Below are positions 28,855 to 39,208 of a stretch of 64,000 nt of DNA, piece after piece. Made by a program: the position numbers and the translations under genes. The stretch comes from a virus. The notes beneath the pieces are model-generated. The model searched no databases and was not told the origin of the DNA. It was given only the letters and a program-made list of their open reading frames with translations. Where the stretch lies: IMG/VR virus record IMGVR_UViG_3300032523_001366, positions 4,016 to 68,015 of that record; one strand, 5' to 3'. Each line of letters begins with the position of its first letter. Position 1 is the stretch's first letter.

Positions 28855-30384
28855 ATGGAAGTTAATTTCACTATAGGCAATTCCCTATTGCAGATCTCTT
28901 CACCCTCTGGTGACCTTCCTATAGATCTAAAGAAAAAGCTAGAAAGCAGACTATGCTATTCTCATGTCTCGTTCAATAACACAGGGGCCTTCAGAAGGCA
29001 TCCAAGCTTCTCGTCCGAGGTTAGAATCGTGTTCAGGTATGATGCTAAAAACAACTTAGTGTGCCCCAGGGGATTTGCAAGCCGACTAAAGAAAGAGCTG
29101 ACTGACTCGGGTGTAAAAGTTAACATGTTTGATATAGATGCTGATTACCATAAGGGAGCAGCCTTCAACATCGACATAGACAGGATGGCCAGAGTCCTTC
29201 AGCTTAGAGATAAGCAGGATGACTGCCTAGCAGCCCTGATGTCAAGCAGAGATGGCCTTATCGTAGCTCCTACGGGTTTTGGTAAGTCATTTATGTTCTC
29301 TGCCATATGCATGGCCTACCCTAACGCTAAGATTCATATCGTAACCCGAAGAGTTGATGTTATGAAGAGGCTGTACGGATCCCTATCAAAGCTAATACCA
29401 ACCATAGGCATGGTAGGTAGCGGAAGTAACAGATGGGGTAGGGTAACTGTAATAACAGCCGACAGCATGCACAAGATAAGTCACGCAGGAGAGCAGTGTG
29501 CTGATATTCTTTTATACGATGAAGCCCACGAAGCTGTAGCCGATTCGTATCAAGCTGAGCTAGGTAAGTATTTAAAGACTCGTAAGTTTGGATTTACAGC
29601 TTCCCCTGACGGTAGAATGGACGGGGCGCACTTCTTGCTAGAGGCTATATTTGGACCTAGAATATTTGAAATGTCATATGATCAAGCAGTCAAATCTGAC
29701 CTAGTAGTGCCTATCAAGGTTGAATGGATACCAGTTGATTGCGTAAACCCTTGTGGGGATCTAAATGGTGTACCAAAGGAGAGGTGGGGCATATGGCGCA
29801 ACGACGTCAGAAACTCAGCCATAGCTGAAAAGGCTAAGACATATGGAGATGACGAGCAGGTTCTGATAATGGTCAAGTCAGTAGAGCACGCAGTTTACCT
29901 TAAGCAATTTCTTCCTGACTATAAGCTGTGCTATGACAGCATGGATCCTCCAGACTACCAAAGGTACATAAAGAAGGGCCTACTAACCGAACTTGATGAA
30001 CCCTTAATGGTGCCGGCTAGACGTGAGAGTATGCGGGTTAAGTTTGAAAGAGGAGAGCTCAAGAAGGTTATAAGCACAGATGTGTGGAGCACCGGAGTAG
30101 ACTTCGCACAGCTATCAGTCCTTATACGGGCTGACGCAAGAGCCAGCAAAATAGTAGACATACAAGCCCCCGGTAGGGTATCCAGAAAGCATGATCCCTC
30201 TAGCAAGAAGAGCGGACTTGTAATTGATTGCATGGACAACTTTGACTTCTCGTTTATGAACAGAAGCCGCAGCCGTAAGCTGTCTTACAAGAAGATGGGA
30301 TGGGAAGAAGTAAGACCAAACACAAAAACTCCAATACAACCATCAGACTCCATAGAAATAATGGAAGAGGCATTTGATGAATGA
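28855..30384 (+). CDS. superfamily 2 helicase (UvsW-like)
   Basis: APTGFGKS, YDEAH, TASP, STGVD, QAPGRVSR; AAAGG SD before ATG 28855. Confidence 0.9.
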   Translation: MEVNFTIGNSLLQISSPSGDLPIDLKKKLESRLCYSHVSFNNTGAFRRHPSFSSEVRIVFRYDAKNNLVCPRGFASRLKKELTDSGVKVNMFDIDADYHKGAAFNIDIDRMARVLQLRDKQDDCLAALMSSRDGLIVAPTGFGKSFMFSAICMAYPNAKIHIVTRRVDVMKRLYGSLSKLIPTIGMVGSGSNRWGRVTVITADSMHKISHAGEQCADILLYDEAHEAVADSYQAELGKYLKTRKFGFTASPDGRMDGAHFLLEAIFGPRIFEMSYDQAVKSDLVVPIKVEWIPVDCVNPCGDLNGVPKERWGIWRNDVRNSAIAEKAKTYGDDEQVLIMVKSVEHAVYLKQFLPDYKLCYDSMDPPDYQRYIKKGLLTELDEPLMVPARRESMRVKFERGELKKVISTDVWSTGVDFAQLSVLIRADARASKIVDIQAPGRVSRKHDPSSKKSGLVIDCMDNFDFSFMNRSRSRKLSYKKMGWEEVRPNTKTPIQPSDSIEIMEEAFDE

Positions 30385-31078
30385 AGACATGGAGATGAGA
30401 AGCCTTGAGGCCAGAAGACTGTACTGCGCTTTTATGACCAAGCATATGCAGCGCACAAGAGGTTCTTCCTTTGAGTACGGGCGCAGGGTTTTACCTCATT
30501 ACGATGGTACCTCTACTGAAAGGCCTAAGCACGGTAAGGCTATAGTGCACAAAAGCGGTAGAGACTATAAGCCAGTGTGGCCTAAAATAGCTAAGTCTGC
30601 TCTTGATAGCTCGCTAACAATACTGGAGCTCATAAGATCCCAGTTTGATGCAGCTGTAGGAGGACCTCCTTCGGCTAACTCTTGCCACGGGGCCAGAGCC
30701 GTAAGGGTTGCTATAGCCCGAAGGGAATCCGCCTTACAAGAGAGCGCCAACTTATTTAACTCATTCAAGAAGACAGTAGATGTTGATCTTACAACTATGC
30801 ATAAGCTCCTTTCTTCAAAAGAGTCTGTAGTAGATGTAGTTCTTTTAAGTAAGGTGCCAGCCATATGTAAAGTTAATATACTTATGATGATGCAGCTTGA
30901 GGATTATGTACCGCCAGATTTGCTTTTAGAGGCGTCTGAAGAGTACATGCTCCAGCCGGATGTGTACGACTTAGCGTGGGGAGGGGCTTTGCATAGCTCG
31001 TTCTTGGATAAGGCAACTAAACACATACAATTCAAAAGAATTGAATTTGGAATTAGAACAGATAAGGTAGTTCTGTAA
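30377..31078 (+). CDS. hypothetical protein (replication module)
   Basis: 234-aa ORF coupled to neighbours. Confidence 0.7.
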   Translation: MNEDMEMRSLEARRLYCAFMTKHMQRTRGSSFEYGRRVLPHYDGTSTERPKHGKAIVHKSGRDYKPVWPKIAKSALDSSLTILELIRSQFDAAVGGPPSANSCHGARAVRVAIARRESALQESANLFNSFKKTVDVDLTTMHKLLSSKESVVDVVLLSKVPAICKVNILMMMQLEDYVPPDLLLEASEEYMLQPDVYDLAWGGALHSSFLDKATKHIQFKRIEFGIRTDKVVL

Positions 31079-31090
31079 CACGGAGGTGGA

Positions 31091-32749
31091 ATGTATAAGC
31101 TAGATAAAAATAGCCTATCAAGAGAATCCTCTTATAGGCTAGATGTCGACTCCATAGATTTTATGGTAAGGCACTATTCGAATGATGACGACCTAGTTTC
31201 GGAATGCTCTTCCCTCTTTAAAGATAACTACTTCTCAGAGGATGAAAAGCATTACATGATAGCGGTTAAGTGTATAAGGCTTTATAGGGTGGACTTCGGT
31301 GACCGCCCTAATCAAGAAGCCCTAAGACTTATGGTAAGTGATAATGATATGGTCCGAAGTGGGTATGTTATGGGAAACCAGATACCTCTTAAAGACGCCT
31401 GCATGGATCTAGTAAAGGCTGTAGGATCTTTTACAAGCGAAGAGATCATAAAGAACAGGAATACCTGTAGGAGCCTTATAAAAAGGTTTTTGATAGAGCG
31501 CGGTTTTCACGATGCCATCTACAACAATGTAGCCGGAATAAACTCATCTCAGAGTGTTATAAAAGAACCATCCAAGTTCGTTGAAGACATAACAAACGTA
31601 TTAGGCGAGATACAGTCTGTAGAGTCCTCTGCAGTGTATAGCGTCATGCCAGATGTCTGGAAACCAAACATTATTGTAGGAGACTCTATAGGTATGCCTT
31701 ACTTTGATATTTTTATGACGGGAGGGGTTAGAGCTGGAGACGTCTACGGAGTACTGGGAGGATTCGGCAGCGGTAAGACGTGGATGGGTATAAATATAAT
31801 CACAAGCTTCTGTAGAATAGAAAACTACAAAAAAATAAAAGCAAGGATGAGCGGCCTAGAGTACAAACCTAAGATAGGTGTTTTATTACACTATGAGGAT
31901 AGCCTTGATAGCATGCGGTTTAGGTTATTAGCCAGTATGGCTGAGATGCCCATGAAGCACGTTATGAATCATGTCATCAGTGGTGACCCTCTATCGACTC
32001 GGTCTAGCTATAGGGACTACGAACTAAAGAGATATGCTGGAATATCTGATAGCTCCGTAAAGCGCCCTGAGTCTGAAAGGTTTGCGGATGCAAAGACAAT
32101 TCTATCCGAGCATTGCCGAATCATATCCCTAAACGGCGAGAATCAACAGCATAAGGGTAAAGGCTACATAGACGAGATTACAGCGCAGCTAAATGCCTGC
32201 CTGAAGTCTTCCGGCGCGGACCTAGGAACATTTGTAATGGATTACGCTAAGTTGTGTGCCGAAAGGCATGCTACTGGCACTAAGGACGGCTACCAGAACT
32301 TGAGACACTACATACGAGCTATTCCTGAAAAAATATCTCTAGAGGTGTGTAATAAGTTTAAGTGCCACGCCTTTATACTTCAGCAGCTTAGTGGCGCCTC
32401 CACTAAGACTAGGCCGGGTATGCCGATACACCACTCAGAGGCATCTGAGTGTAAAGACTTTGCAGAAAACTGCCATAGAGTATTTTGTCTAGGCAATAAG
32501 CATCCTCAAAGCGGTGTTCAGCGGTTTGACGCGTCTAAGCGAAGAAACGATGAGTTCACATCAAAGAACCACGCTATAGTTAGGTTTAACGGGGATACAT
32601 GTAACTACGAAGTGGATACTGAATGGGAGGTGGATGAACACTCTGGATTTGTACCTGCAGGTATAGCAGGTGCAGCTATGGGTGTTGCTCCTACCAGAAA
32701 GCCTTCAACAACAAGCTTATCGTCACTCGAAGAAGATGACGGTATATGA
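31091..32749 (+). CDS. DnaB-like replicative helicase
   Basis: GGVRAGDVYGVLGGFGSGKT, HYED, FVMDY, ILQQL; adjacent to primase. Confidence 0.8.
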   Translation: MYKLDKNSLSRESSYRLDVDSIDFMVRHYSNDDDLVSECSSLFKDNYFSEDEKHYMIAVKCIRLYRVDFGDRPNQEALRLMVSDNDMVRSGYVMGNQIPLKDACMDLVKAVGSFTSEEIIKNRNTCRSLIKRFLIERGFHDAIYNNVAGINSSQSVIKEPSKFVEDITNVLGEIQSVESSAVYSVMPDVWKPNIIVGDSIGMPYFDIFMTGGVRAGDVYGVLGGFGSGKTWMGINIITSFCRIENYKKIKARMSGLEYKPKIGVLLHYEDSLDSMRFRLLASMAEMPMKHVMNHVISGDPLSTRSSYRDYELKRYAGISDSSVKRPESERFADAKTILSEHCRIISLNGENQQHKGKGYIDEITAQLNACLKSSGADLGTFVMDYAKLCAERHATGTKDGYQNLRHYIRAIPEKISLEVCNKFKCHAFILQQLSGASTKTRPGMPIHHSEASECKDFAENCHRVFCLGNKHPQSGVQRFDASKRRNDEFTSKNHAIVRFNGDTCNYEVDTEWEVDEHSGFVPAGIAGAAMGVAPTRKPSTTSLSSLEEDDGI

Positions 32750-32758
32750 TAGGAAAGG

Positions 32759-33823
32759 ATGTTTATGAACATGACAGACGAAAGCGAAGTTTTATGCCCG
32801 GAGCTTTACTATAAACTAAAGAAACTATTTAATAAGGTTCTTGTATCCAATAAAGGCGTCGCTATGGTCGAGAGGACCGCTAGCGACGGCTCCTCTTCGC
32901 TTTTAGTAAGCGGAGAGCACTATAGGGTATGTTGCCCGTGGTGTAACGATAGCAGGTTTCGCTTGTACATAAACCATAGGTGGTTTGAAAACCGTTTCAT
33001 GGCTAGCTGCTTTAACGAGACAGCTTGTACAAAGGGCGAGGCAGGCAGAAGCCGACTAGACCAGCTTCACGTATGGCTATTTGGAACTACAGCTAAGATG
33101 TCGCTACCAGTAAGGCAGGTAAAGCTGTCAGATTCTGAAGCTGCTCACTTGCTGGAGTTTAAGCCTCCGCAAGGATGCGTAGCTTTATCGGACCTGTCTG
33201 ATGACCATGAGGCTCTAGTTTACCTCAGGGGCAGAGGCTATGACACTAAGAGGCTAGAGAGGTATCTAGGCTTAGGCTGGATAACTGATCAAGGCATTCC
33301 AGCTCTAAGAGACAGAATATATATCCCCATATACCAAGGGGCAAAGTTAATGGGGTACCAAGCTAGGGTAGCCGGCACGGGCAAACTAAAGACTCGTCAG
33401 AAGTATATAAATCCTATCGGAATGCGTAAGTCGACTCTTCTGTACAACCTAGACAACGCAATTAACCAAGGCTGTCTAGTTGTATGCGAAGGACCGGCGG
33501 ATGTTTGGTCTGTAGGCCCTGCAGGCATAGCAATCTTTGGCAGTGATTGCAGTCATAGTCAACTGTCCTCCATAGGTAAGCACTTTAACGGTAAGCCTAT
33601 AGCTATAGCTTTAGATGCTGATGCCAGTGATAAGGCTAACCAGTTAGTAGCTAAGATACAGCAGATAGTTCCTAGGTCACTTGTAGTAAAAATAGAAATG
33701 GAGGGTGACGAAGATCCAGGAACTCTTAGATTAGAGTTATGGAGACGTTTCCACAATAAAATCTCAGCCAGTGGTATGGAAATACCAAAGGTAATAATGG
33801 AGTGGCCCCCAAGCTATGAGTGA
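32759..33823 (+). CDS. DnaG-type DNA primase
   Basis: CCPWCND zinc domain, YLRGRG, RIYIPI, TOPRIM VCEGPAD and ALDAD. Confidence 0.88.
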   Translation: MFMNMTDESEVLCPELYYKLKKLFNKVLVSNKGVAMVERTASDGSSSLLVSGEHYRVCCPWCNDSRFRLYINHRWFENRFMASCFNETACTKGEAGRSRLDQLHVWLFGTTAKMSLPVRQVKLSDSEAAHLLEFKPPQGCVALSDLSDDHEALVYLRGRGYDTKRLERYLGLGWITDQGIPALRDRIYIPIYQGAKLMGYQARVAGTGKLKTRQKYINPIGMRKSTLLYNLDNAINQGCLVVCEGPADVWSVGPAGIAIFGSDCSHSQLSSIGKHFNGKPIAIALDADASDKANQLVAKIQQIVPRSLVVKIEMEGDEDPGTLRLELWRRFHNKISASGMEIPKVIMEWPPSYE

Positions 33824-36800
33824 TAAATTAGACCTATCAAAGCACTGCACGTTTGAGAACTTCGTGCTGCTAATAGAAAAAGCTGGCCCTCTACTAGAGT
33901 GGCCTTTTGTTTTTCCAAGCGAGAATATGCACCTGTTTAACAAGATGGGTCCGGACTTCTTTCAGCTAGCTAAGCTTTTATCTGGCTCCGAGGATAAGGT
34001 AATATTAGATGCATACTCTGACTTCTTATACTTTAGAGCTTTATACGATAGTAACTTCATGCTTCCCGTAAGGTTTAACGGGCACATGCTCGAAGCTAGG
34101 ACCGTCCCAGGTAGTGGATGGATGCCTAACTGCAGAGTAGGACCGTTTAGACAGTACAAGTATATGGTAGTAGGAAAGGCTCCCACTGATGAAGACATAT
34201 ACCTAGGCAAGGTCACGTTTGGTCAAGGTGCTGAGCTTCTGTGGGAGTATCTTTCTGATCATGAGTTTACTAAGTCAGACTTCTATCTTACTTATGTTGT
34301 GAAGCATAAGACTTTAGACCCGTCTTCGAATGGTATTAAGTCTGTATGGATAAATAATTGCTCTCCCATACTAAAGCTAGAGATGATGCTAGCTAAGCCT
34401 GACTTCATACTCCTTACCGGGGATGAAGCATTAAAGGCAGTAGTTGGCAGAGATAAGAAACTATCAGATGCTGTAGGTAAGGTATTTGATGTACCTATAC
34501 AGTGCCCGGATGGATCTATTCATATTGCAAAAGCTATTGCAGCTGTAAGTCCTGCCTATGTAATGAGATACCCTGAGCACTCCGAAAGGCTTAGGTCATC
34601 TATAGCTCACTTCTCCGCCCTGTGCAAAGGAGAAGAGTTTCTGTCTAACGAGACAGACATACAGCACTTTGAGATAAGGACCAGCGATGAGCTCACTGTA
34701 ATAAGAGACGAGATACTAAAAGATAGATCTCCAGTTATAGCCATAGACCTAGAGTGGCATGGAGATTGGCCGACTGAGAAGAATGCATACGTCAGAACCT
34801 TGCAGTTGTCCTGGAGGCCAAAGTTTGCTTGTAGCATAGTTGTGAATAAAGCTGGCGGAGGCCTAGAGTTTGATAGCACCTGCAGAGCCCCCTCTAGAGG
34901 TATGGATAACCTAAGGCATCTACTTAACTCTATATTCTTTCCCGAGGACGGAAGAAAGGTAAGAATAGTAGGACACTATCTTACAGCCGATCTTCCTTGG
35001 CTAAAGTCATTAGGAGTAGATCTATCTACTCTGTTCATGGCACCTGATGATGATGACTTTGAAGCAATAAAGACTAAGGCTGATGCTGATGCTTTTAAGT
35101 TTGGGTTTGAGAAGACTAAGTACGAAGGAGGCTTTGACACCCTTCTAGCAGCACACTCAGTAAACGAGACTGACATATTCAACTTGGAGGAGCAGGCCGT
35201 AAGGTACTGCAACGTACCAAGATGGGAAGGTCCGCTTATTGAATGGCGAAAGAAGTATTGCAAGGATAAAGGCATAAAGGATTCAGCCTTAGGTGGTTAT
35301 GGCGATTGCCCTGACGAAGTACTCATACCGTATGGTTGCTACGATGCTGACGTAACTAGAAGGTTATTTGATTACTATAATGGAGACGCCTCCACTATAG
35401 GTAAGTTAGATAAAGATAGGTACGGCAATAACTGTAGGGTTCCTTTCTGGACTTCTATGAGAGCATATCCAGGCTTTATAGAGATGAGGCAGAAGGGAAT
35501 ATGTATAGATGAAGCTAGAGTTAGAGAGCTCACAGAATTATACGAGGCCCTACACGAAAGCTTGTCAGCTAAGCTTAAGACTATGCTCAGATGGCCAGAC
35601 TTTAATGCCTCAAGCACCTTTCACAAGCGGGAGCTCCTATTCGGAGAGCGCCTGTCCGGTAAGAGGGATGCCGATGGTAATCCAGTAAGGCAGCGCCCTG
35701 ATGACGCTGTGTGCCTGCATCTTGTGCCCTATAAGAGTACAGGATCTGGATCTAAAGGAAAGCTGTGGGCAGAGCTAGTCGCCAGGGGTACAGAGAATAT
35801 GTACTCGCCCGGCACTGACAAAGAGTCGCTTACTATATTAAGTGATGGAAACATGGTCATATCTACGCTTAGGGATGTAAGAGCATTACATTACCTTAAG
35901 ACTACTGTGCTCAGATCTCCTGAGTGCGATAAGGACGGCATAGAGGTAGTGGACGATGATGGAGATCAGGTCTACGAGAAGGGTCTGTTATCTTATGTAA
36001 ACTCTGACAATAGAGTTCGCTCTATGTTTAGTCAGGCTAAAGAAACAGGTAGAGCTTCGTCTTCTAGACCTAATATGCAAAACTTAGGAAAGACCATAGA
36101 GGACAGATATAAAGCTATCTTCTCGGCTCATGGCCCTAGTCTTTCTCTAGAGTACTCTTATCCGCTTAGATCTGCGATAAGTGCTAAGGCTGGTCACGTT
36201 CTGGTAGAGGCAGATTATACCGGAGCTGAGCTGGCTATCATGGCTTGGCAGTCAGGCGATAAGAATATGATAGATCATGTTCGTCGGGCTAATCTCCCTG
36301 AGAGTGATCCCGACTACTATGACATTCACAGTAACGTAGCTGTGAGTACGTTTAAGTTGTCATGTGCACCCACTAAGAAAGGACTAAAGGATGCAGGTAA
36401 GGCAGGTCTAAGGACTGCAGCTAAGGCTGTGGTGTTTGGATATGCTTATGGTCAAGGAGCTGACTCTACTGCAAGAAAAGCTAAGCAAGAAGGAGTGGAC
36501 ATCTCCGTAAAGGAAGCTCAGGATCTAATTAACGGCTTGGTAGCCATGTATCCAGGATTACCAGCTTACTTTCAAGAGTGCAGGTCTAGGGTTAAAGACC
36601 CAGGCTGGATCTGTAACTCATTTGGAAGGTTTAGAAGGTTCTCGCCTTCTAAAGACAGGGCTGTAGTCGCTGAGTACGAGAGACAGAGCATGAATTTCCC
36701 TATTCAATCTTGCGTAGCGGACGTTATGTCTAGGGCATTAGATCATATACACTCATACAGAGACAGCGCACCCTTAGGTATGACATACGACATCATACTA

Positions 36801-37052
36801 CAGGTTCATGATGCTGTTATTCTTGAAGTGCCGTATGCTTGTGTGCCATGGGTAGTGGACGAAGTTCTTCCAGTATGTATGGTAGATAAGGTAGGTATAT
36901 ATTCTTGTAAGTTAGATGGTTCTATTAGAGAAGAAAACTGTGGTCCTTTTCATTTGGGCATAGCGACAGAAGTATTTACCAAGTGGTCGATACCGCTTAC
37001 TCAAGAGGACTGCAAAGTTATGGGCATACCCGAAAGGTTTGCCCAGCATTAG
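33816..37052 (+). CDS. polA: family A DNA polymerase with N-terminal UDG-like domain and 3'-5' exonuclease
   Basis: Exo IDLE and YGCYDADVT; TGRASSSRPNMQN; motif A EADYTGAEL, motif B RTAAKAVVFGYAYG, motif C QVHDAV. Confidence 0.93.
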   Translation: MSDKLDLSKHCTFENFVLLIEKAGPLLEWPFVFPSENMHLFNKMGPDFFQLAKLLSGSEDKVILDAYSDFLYFRALYDSNFMLPVRFNGHMLEARTVPGSGWMPNCRVGPFRQYKYMVVGKAPTDEDIYLGKVTFGQGAELLWEYLSDHEFTKSDFYLTYVVKHKTLDPSSNGIKSVWINNCSPILKLEMMLAKPDFILLTGDEALKAVVGRDKKLSDAVGKVFDVPIQCPDGSIHIAKAIAAVSPAYVMRYPEHSERLRSSIAHFSALCKGEEFLSNETDIQHFEIRTSDELTVIRDEILKDRSPVIAIDLEWHGDWPTEKNAYVRTLQLSWRPKFACSIVVNKAGGGLEFDSTCRAPSRGMDNLRHLLNSIFFPEDGRKVRIVGHYLTADLPWLKSLGVDLSTLFMAPDDDDFEAIKTKADADAFKFGFEKTKYEGGFDTLLAAHSVNETDIFNLEEQAVRYCNVPRWEGPLIEWRKKYCKDKGIKDSALGGYGDCPDEVLIPYGCYDADVTRRLFDYYNGDASTIGKLDKDRYGNNCRVPFWTSMRAYPGFIEMRQKGICIDEARVRELTELYEALHESLSAKLKTMLRWPDFNASSTFHKRELLFGERLSGKRDADGNPVRQRPDDAVCLHLVPYKSTGSGSKGKLWAELVARGTENMYSPGTDKESLTILSDGNMVISTLRDVRALHYLKTTVLRSPECDKDGIEVVDDDGDQVYEKGLLSYVNSDNRVRSMFSQAKETGRASSSRPNMQNLGKTIEDRYKAIFSAHGPSLSLEYSYPLRSAISAKAGHVLVEADYTGAELAIMAWQSGDKNMIDHVRRANLPESDPDYYDIHSNVAVSTFKLSCAPTKKGLKDAGKAGLRTAAKAVVFGYAYGQGADSTARKAKQEGVDISVKEAQDLINGLVAMYPGLPAYFQECRSRVKDPGWICNSFGRFRRFSPSKDRAVVAEYERQSMNFPIQSCVADVMSRALDHIHSYRDSAPLGMTYDIILQVHDAVILEVPYACVPWVVDEVLPVCMVDKVGIYSCKLDGSIREENCGPFHLGIATEVFTKWSIPLTQEDCKVMGIPERFAQH

Positions 37053-37061
37053 GAGTTTGAT

Positions 37062-37253
37062 ATGGCAGATAAAGTTCACAAAATAGTGCTGACTGACGGA
37101 ACTACGGTTTCGGTAATTGAAACAGAAGGGTCTATATACTTAGAAGTTCACGACCAAGTTAGGGACAGTGACTTAATCAAAGACCCCCAGGCCAAAGGTA
37201 GATCACTTTTTAGCACATCTTATAAAATACATAAGACCGTTATCGCTAGCTAA
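37062..37253 (+). CDS. hypothetical protein
   Basis: AGGAG SD, 63 aa. Confidence 0.6.
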   Translation: MADKVHKIVLTDGTTVSVIETEGSIYLEVHDQVRDSDLIKDPQAKGRSLFSTSYKIHKTVIAS

Positions 37254-37274
37254 AGTGTAGTTTTATTTAATCAC

Positions 37275-37298
37275 GATCCCTAAAGCAATTTAGGGATC
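37275..37298 (+). terminator. hairpin, probable terminator
   Basis: GATCCCTAAA-GCAA-TTTAGGGATC; weak T-tract. Confidence 0.5.
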
Positions 37299-37324
37299 AT
37301 ATCTTTAACCAATTTAACTAGGAG

Positions 37325-37882
37325 ATGAATATGTCCAGTCGTAAAATATTGAGCATTGTTTCCCCGCAGGAGGGGTGGGTAGCAAAGTTTAAACAAGAAG
37401 ACGGTACGACAGTACGAAATCCAGTTATGGTTTGGGCAGTTGTCCAAGACGAGAAAGGCGAGGGTAACAGCCTTACCAGCTTTAGTGGTACGTCAGGGCC
37501 TGTTGACTCGCCAGGGGATACTTATATAGAGCCAGACAACGAGATGTCAAACTTTATTGGCTGGGAAAGGCTTGGCTATGACGCTGCGGCTAGTGCAGCA
37601 ACAAACGCCGAACTTATGCTGAGCCACTTGATGTCTCATAGTCCGATATTAGGCAAACCAGTTTTTCCTACTTTAAATGTTACACCAAAAACTAGAAGAC
37701 GCATTGAACGGTACTTTAAAGGGACACGCCTTTCAGAATTTGTTCAGTTTAGCGCTGACGATATACGCATGTGGAGAGATACTGGCGAACGTACTGTTGA
37801 AGAAATACGTTTCGAATTACAAAAGCTAGGACTGCACTTAAGGGGAGACCGGCTTTGCAGTACCACTGAGGAGGAGTCATGA
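37325..37882 (+). CDS. protein with C-terminal RNAP alpha-CTD-like domain
   Basis: LNVTPKTRRRI...LSEFVQFSADDIRMWRDTGERTVEEIRFELQKLGLHL aligns with the alpha-CTD HhH pattern. Confidence 0.65.
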   Translation: MNMSSRKILSIVSPQEGWVAKFKQEDGTTVRNPVMVWAVVQDEKGEGNSLTSFSGTSGPVDSPGDTYIEPDNEMSNFIGWERLGYDAAASAATNAELMLSHLMSHSPILGKPVFPTLNVTPKTRRRIERYFKGTRLSEFVQFSADDIRMWRDTGERTVEEIRFELQKLGLHLRGDRLCSTTEEES

Positions 37883-38211
37883 CCGCCGAACAAAAGGATA
37901 GAGTGTTAGCTGAGCAGCCTAAGATGGATGTTAGACCTGCTCTTCGCTCTAGTAATAATACAGAGTGCTCGTGCTGTAAAGACATTATAACCCATGACAG
38001 AGTACTAAAAACGGCTCGTTACCACGTTTTATGCCTTGCATGCTACCGCGAACTACGCTCAGGCAAGATTGTAAATCAGAACATATCGTTCTTCGGTGGT
38101 AGGTCTGACTACAACTGGGAAAATTACGAGAACGAAATGAGCGGAGCCCAATCAAACGCTATAAGAGCTATGGAAGGGCCTGATGGTATTTTTGATGATT
38201 TTTTCAATTAA
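37879..38211 (+). CDS. hypothetical Zn-finger protein
   Basis: CSCC...CLAC; GAGGAG SD. Confidence 0.6.
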   Translation: MTAEQKDRVLAEQPKMDVRPALRSSNNTECSCCKDIITHDRVLKTARYHVLCLACYRELRSGKIVNQNISFFGGRSDYNWENYENEMSGAQSNAIRAMEGPDGIFDDFFN

Positions 38212-38225
38212 AAAGGAGAAGTAAA

Positions 38226-38435
38226 ATGGCCTCTGTAGATGGAAAAAAAGTAAAAGTTGGGGATTGGGTCAGCTTTAAAGCTGACATATAACAATCCGGT
38301 AAGATTGTAAAAATTAAAGATAACATGTTAATTTTACAAGCCGGGGATAGCGATGATGATGGAGATACCTTCGATGGTGACTACATCGGGGGAGATTCTA
38401 TAACAGAAGTACGAGCAAGCGATTGCTGGCTTTAA
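38226..38435 (+). pseudogene. small phage gene interrupted by in-frame TAA at 38289-38291
   Basis: AAGGAG SD; MASVDGKKVKVGDWVSFKADI*QSGKIVKIK...GDYIGG...ASDCWL continues in frame. Confidence 0.6.
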
Positions 38436-38452
38436 AACTAAGGAGAGAAAGA

Positions 38453-38644
38453 GTGAGTAACCTTTCAAAGCATATAACGGCGCTACTACTTAGGCAGAGG
38501 GGGCAGAACGGCCCCCTCTGCTCTGAGTTAGAAGAGAAGCTTTCCCCTGAGGGAACTGAGAGACTGTTTAGAATACTGCAAGATATGGAACTAGAGGTAG
38601 GAAGAGCTAAAAGAAGACACCCCTGGCTTCCTGGCCAGGTGTAG
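38453..38644 (+). CDS. hypothetical protein
   Basis: AAGGAG SD before GTG. Confidence 0.55.
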   Translation: MSNLSKHITALLLRQRGQNGPLCSELEEKLSPEGTERLFRILQDMELEVGRAKRRHPWLPGQV

Positions 38645-38672
38645 TCTTCGAGGCCCTAATAAGGAATAACTT

Positions 38673-39146
38673 ATGATCGCTTTCTGCGGACACGGCAGAT
38701 CAGGCAAAGATGAATCTGCCTTTATATTTTCTAAACTAACAGGACTGCCTTATCTTGGAAGCATGTCTTGGATGGGTAAAGGCATAGTGGCCTATGCTCT
38801 AGACCTGCCAGAGCAGACAGCCTGGGATACCCGTCATGATAGAAGAATGGAGTGGTTTAATATACTAAACCGCTTGGATGACCCAACTTGGTTGGTAAGG
38901 CGATGCCTAGAGCACGCCAAGGTTTTATCAGGCATAAGAGATTTTAAAGAATTAAAGTCTAGCCTAGAAAGGGGTTACATTAAATATGCAGTGTGGGTGG
39001 ATAGGCCGGGTATTGACCCGGATCCAACCATCACTTATAATTCCTCTGATTGCACTCACGTGTTGGATAATTCTGGTGATTTAAATTTTTTAAATAAACA
39101 GATTTACCAGTTGTCAGAGCAGCTCGATTTAATAAAAAGAGCATAG
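38673..39146 (+). CDS. deoxynucleoside monophosphate kinase-like P-loop protein
   Basis: IAFCGHGRSGKDE at N-terminus; SGIR...E; WVDRPG; LDNSGDL. Confidence 0.7.
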   Translation: MIAFCGHGRSGKDESAFIFSKLTGLPYLGSMSWMGKGIVAYALDLPEQTAWDTRHDRRMEWFNILNRLDDPTWLVRRCLEHAKVLSGIRDFKELKSSLERGYIKYAVWVDRPGIDPDPTITYNSSDCTHVLDNSGDLNFLNKQIYQLSEQLDLIKRA

Positions 39147-39208
39147 TGTTAATTTTTTACTTTTGGCCAGGGTGATCTTTTCACCCGAAATTTTAATGGA
39201 GAATCTGT

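Noticed and set aside
38289-38291. Stop-codon reassignment
   Set aside because: TAA, TAG and TGA all end well-supported genes and long core genes are uninterrupted under the standard code.
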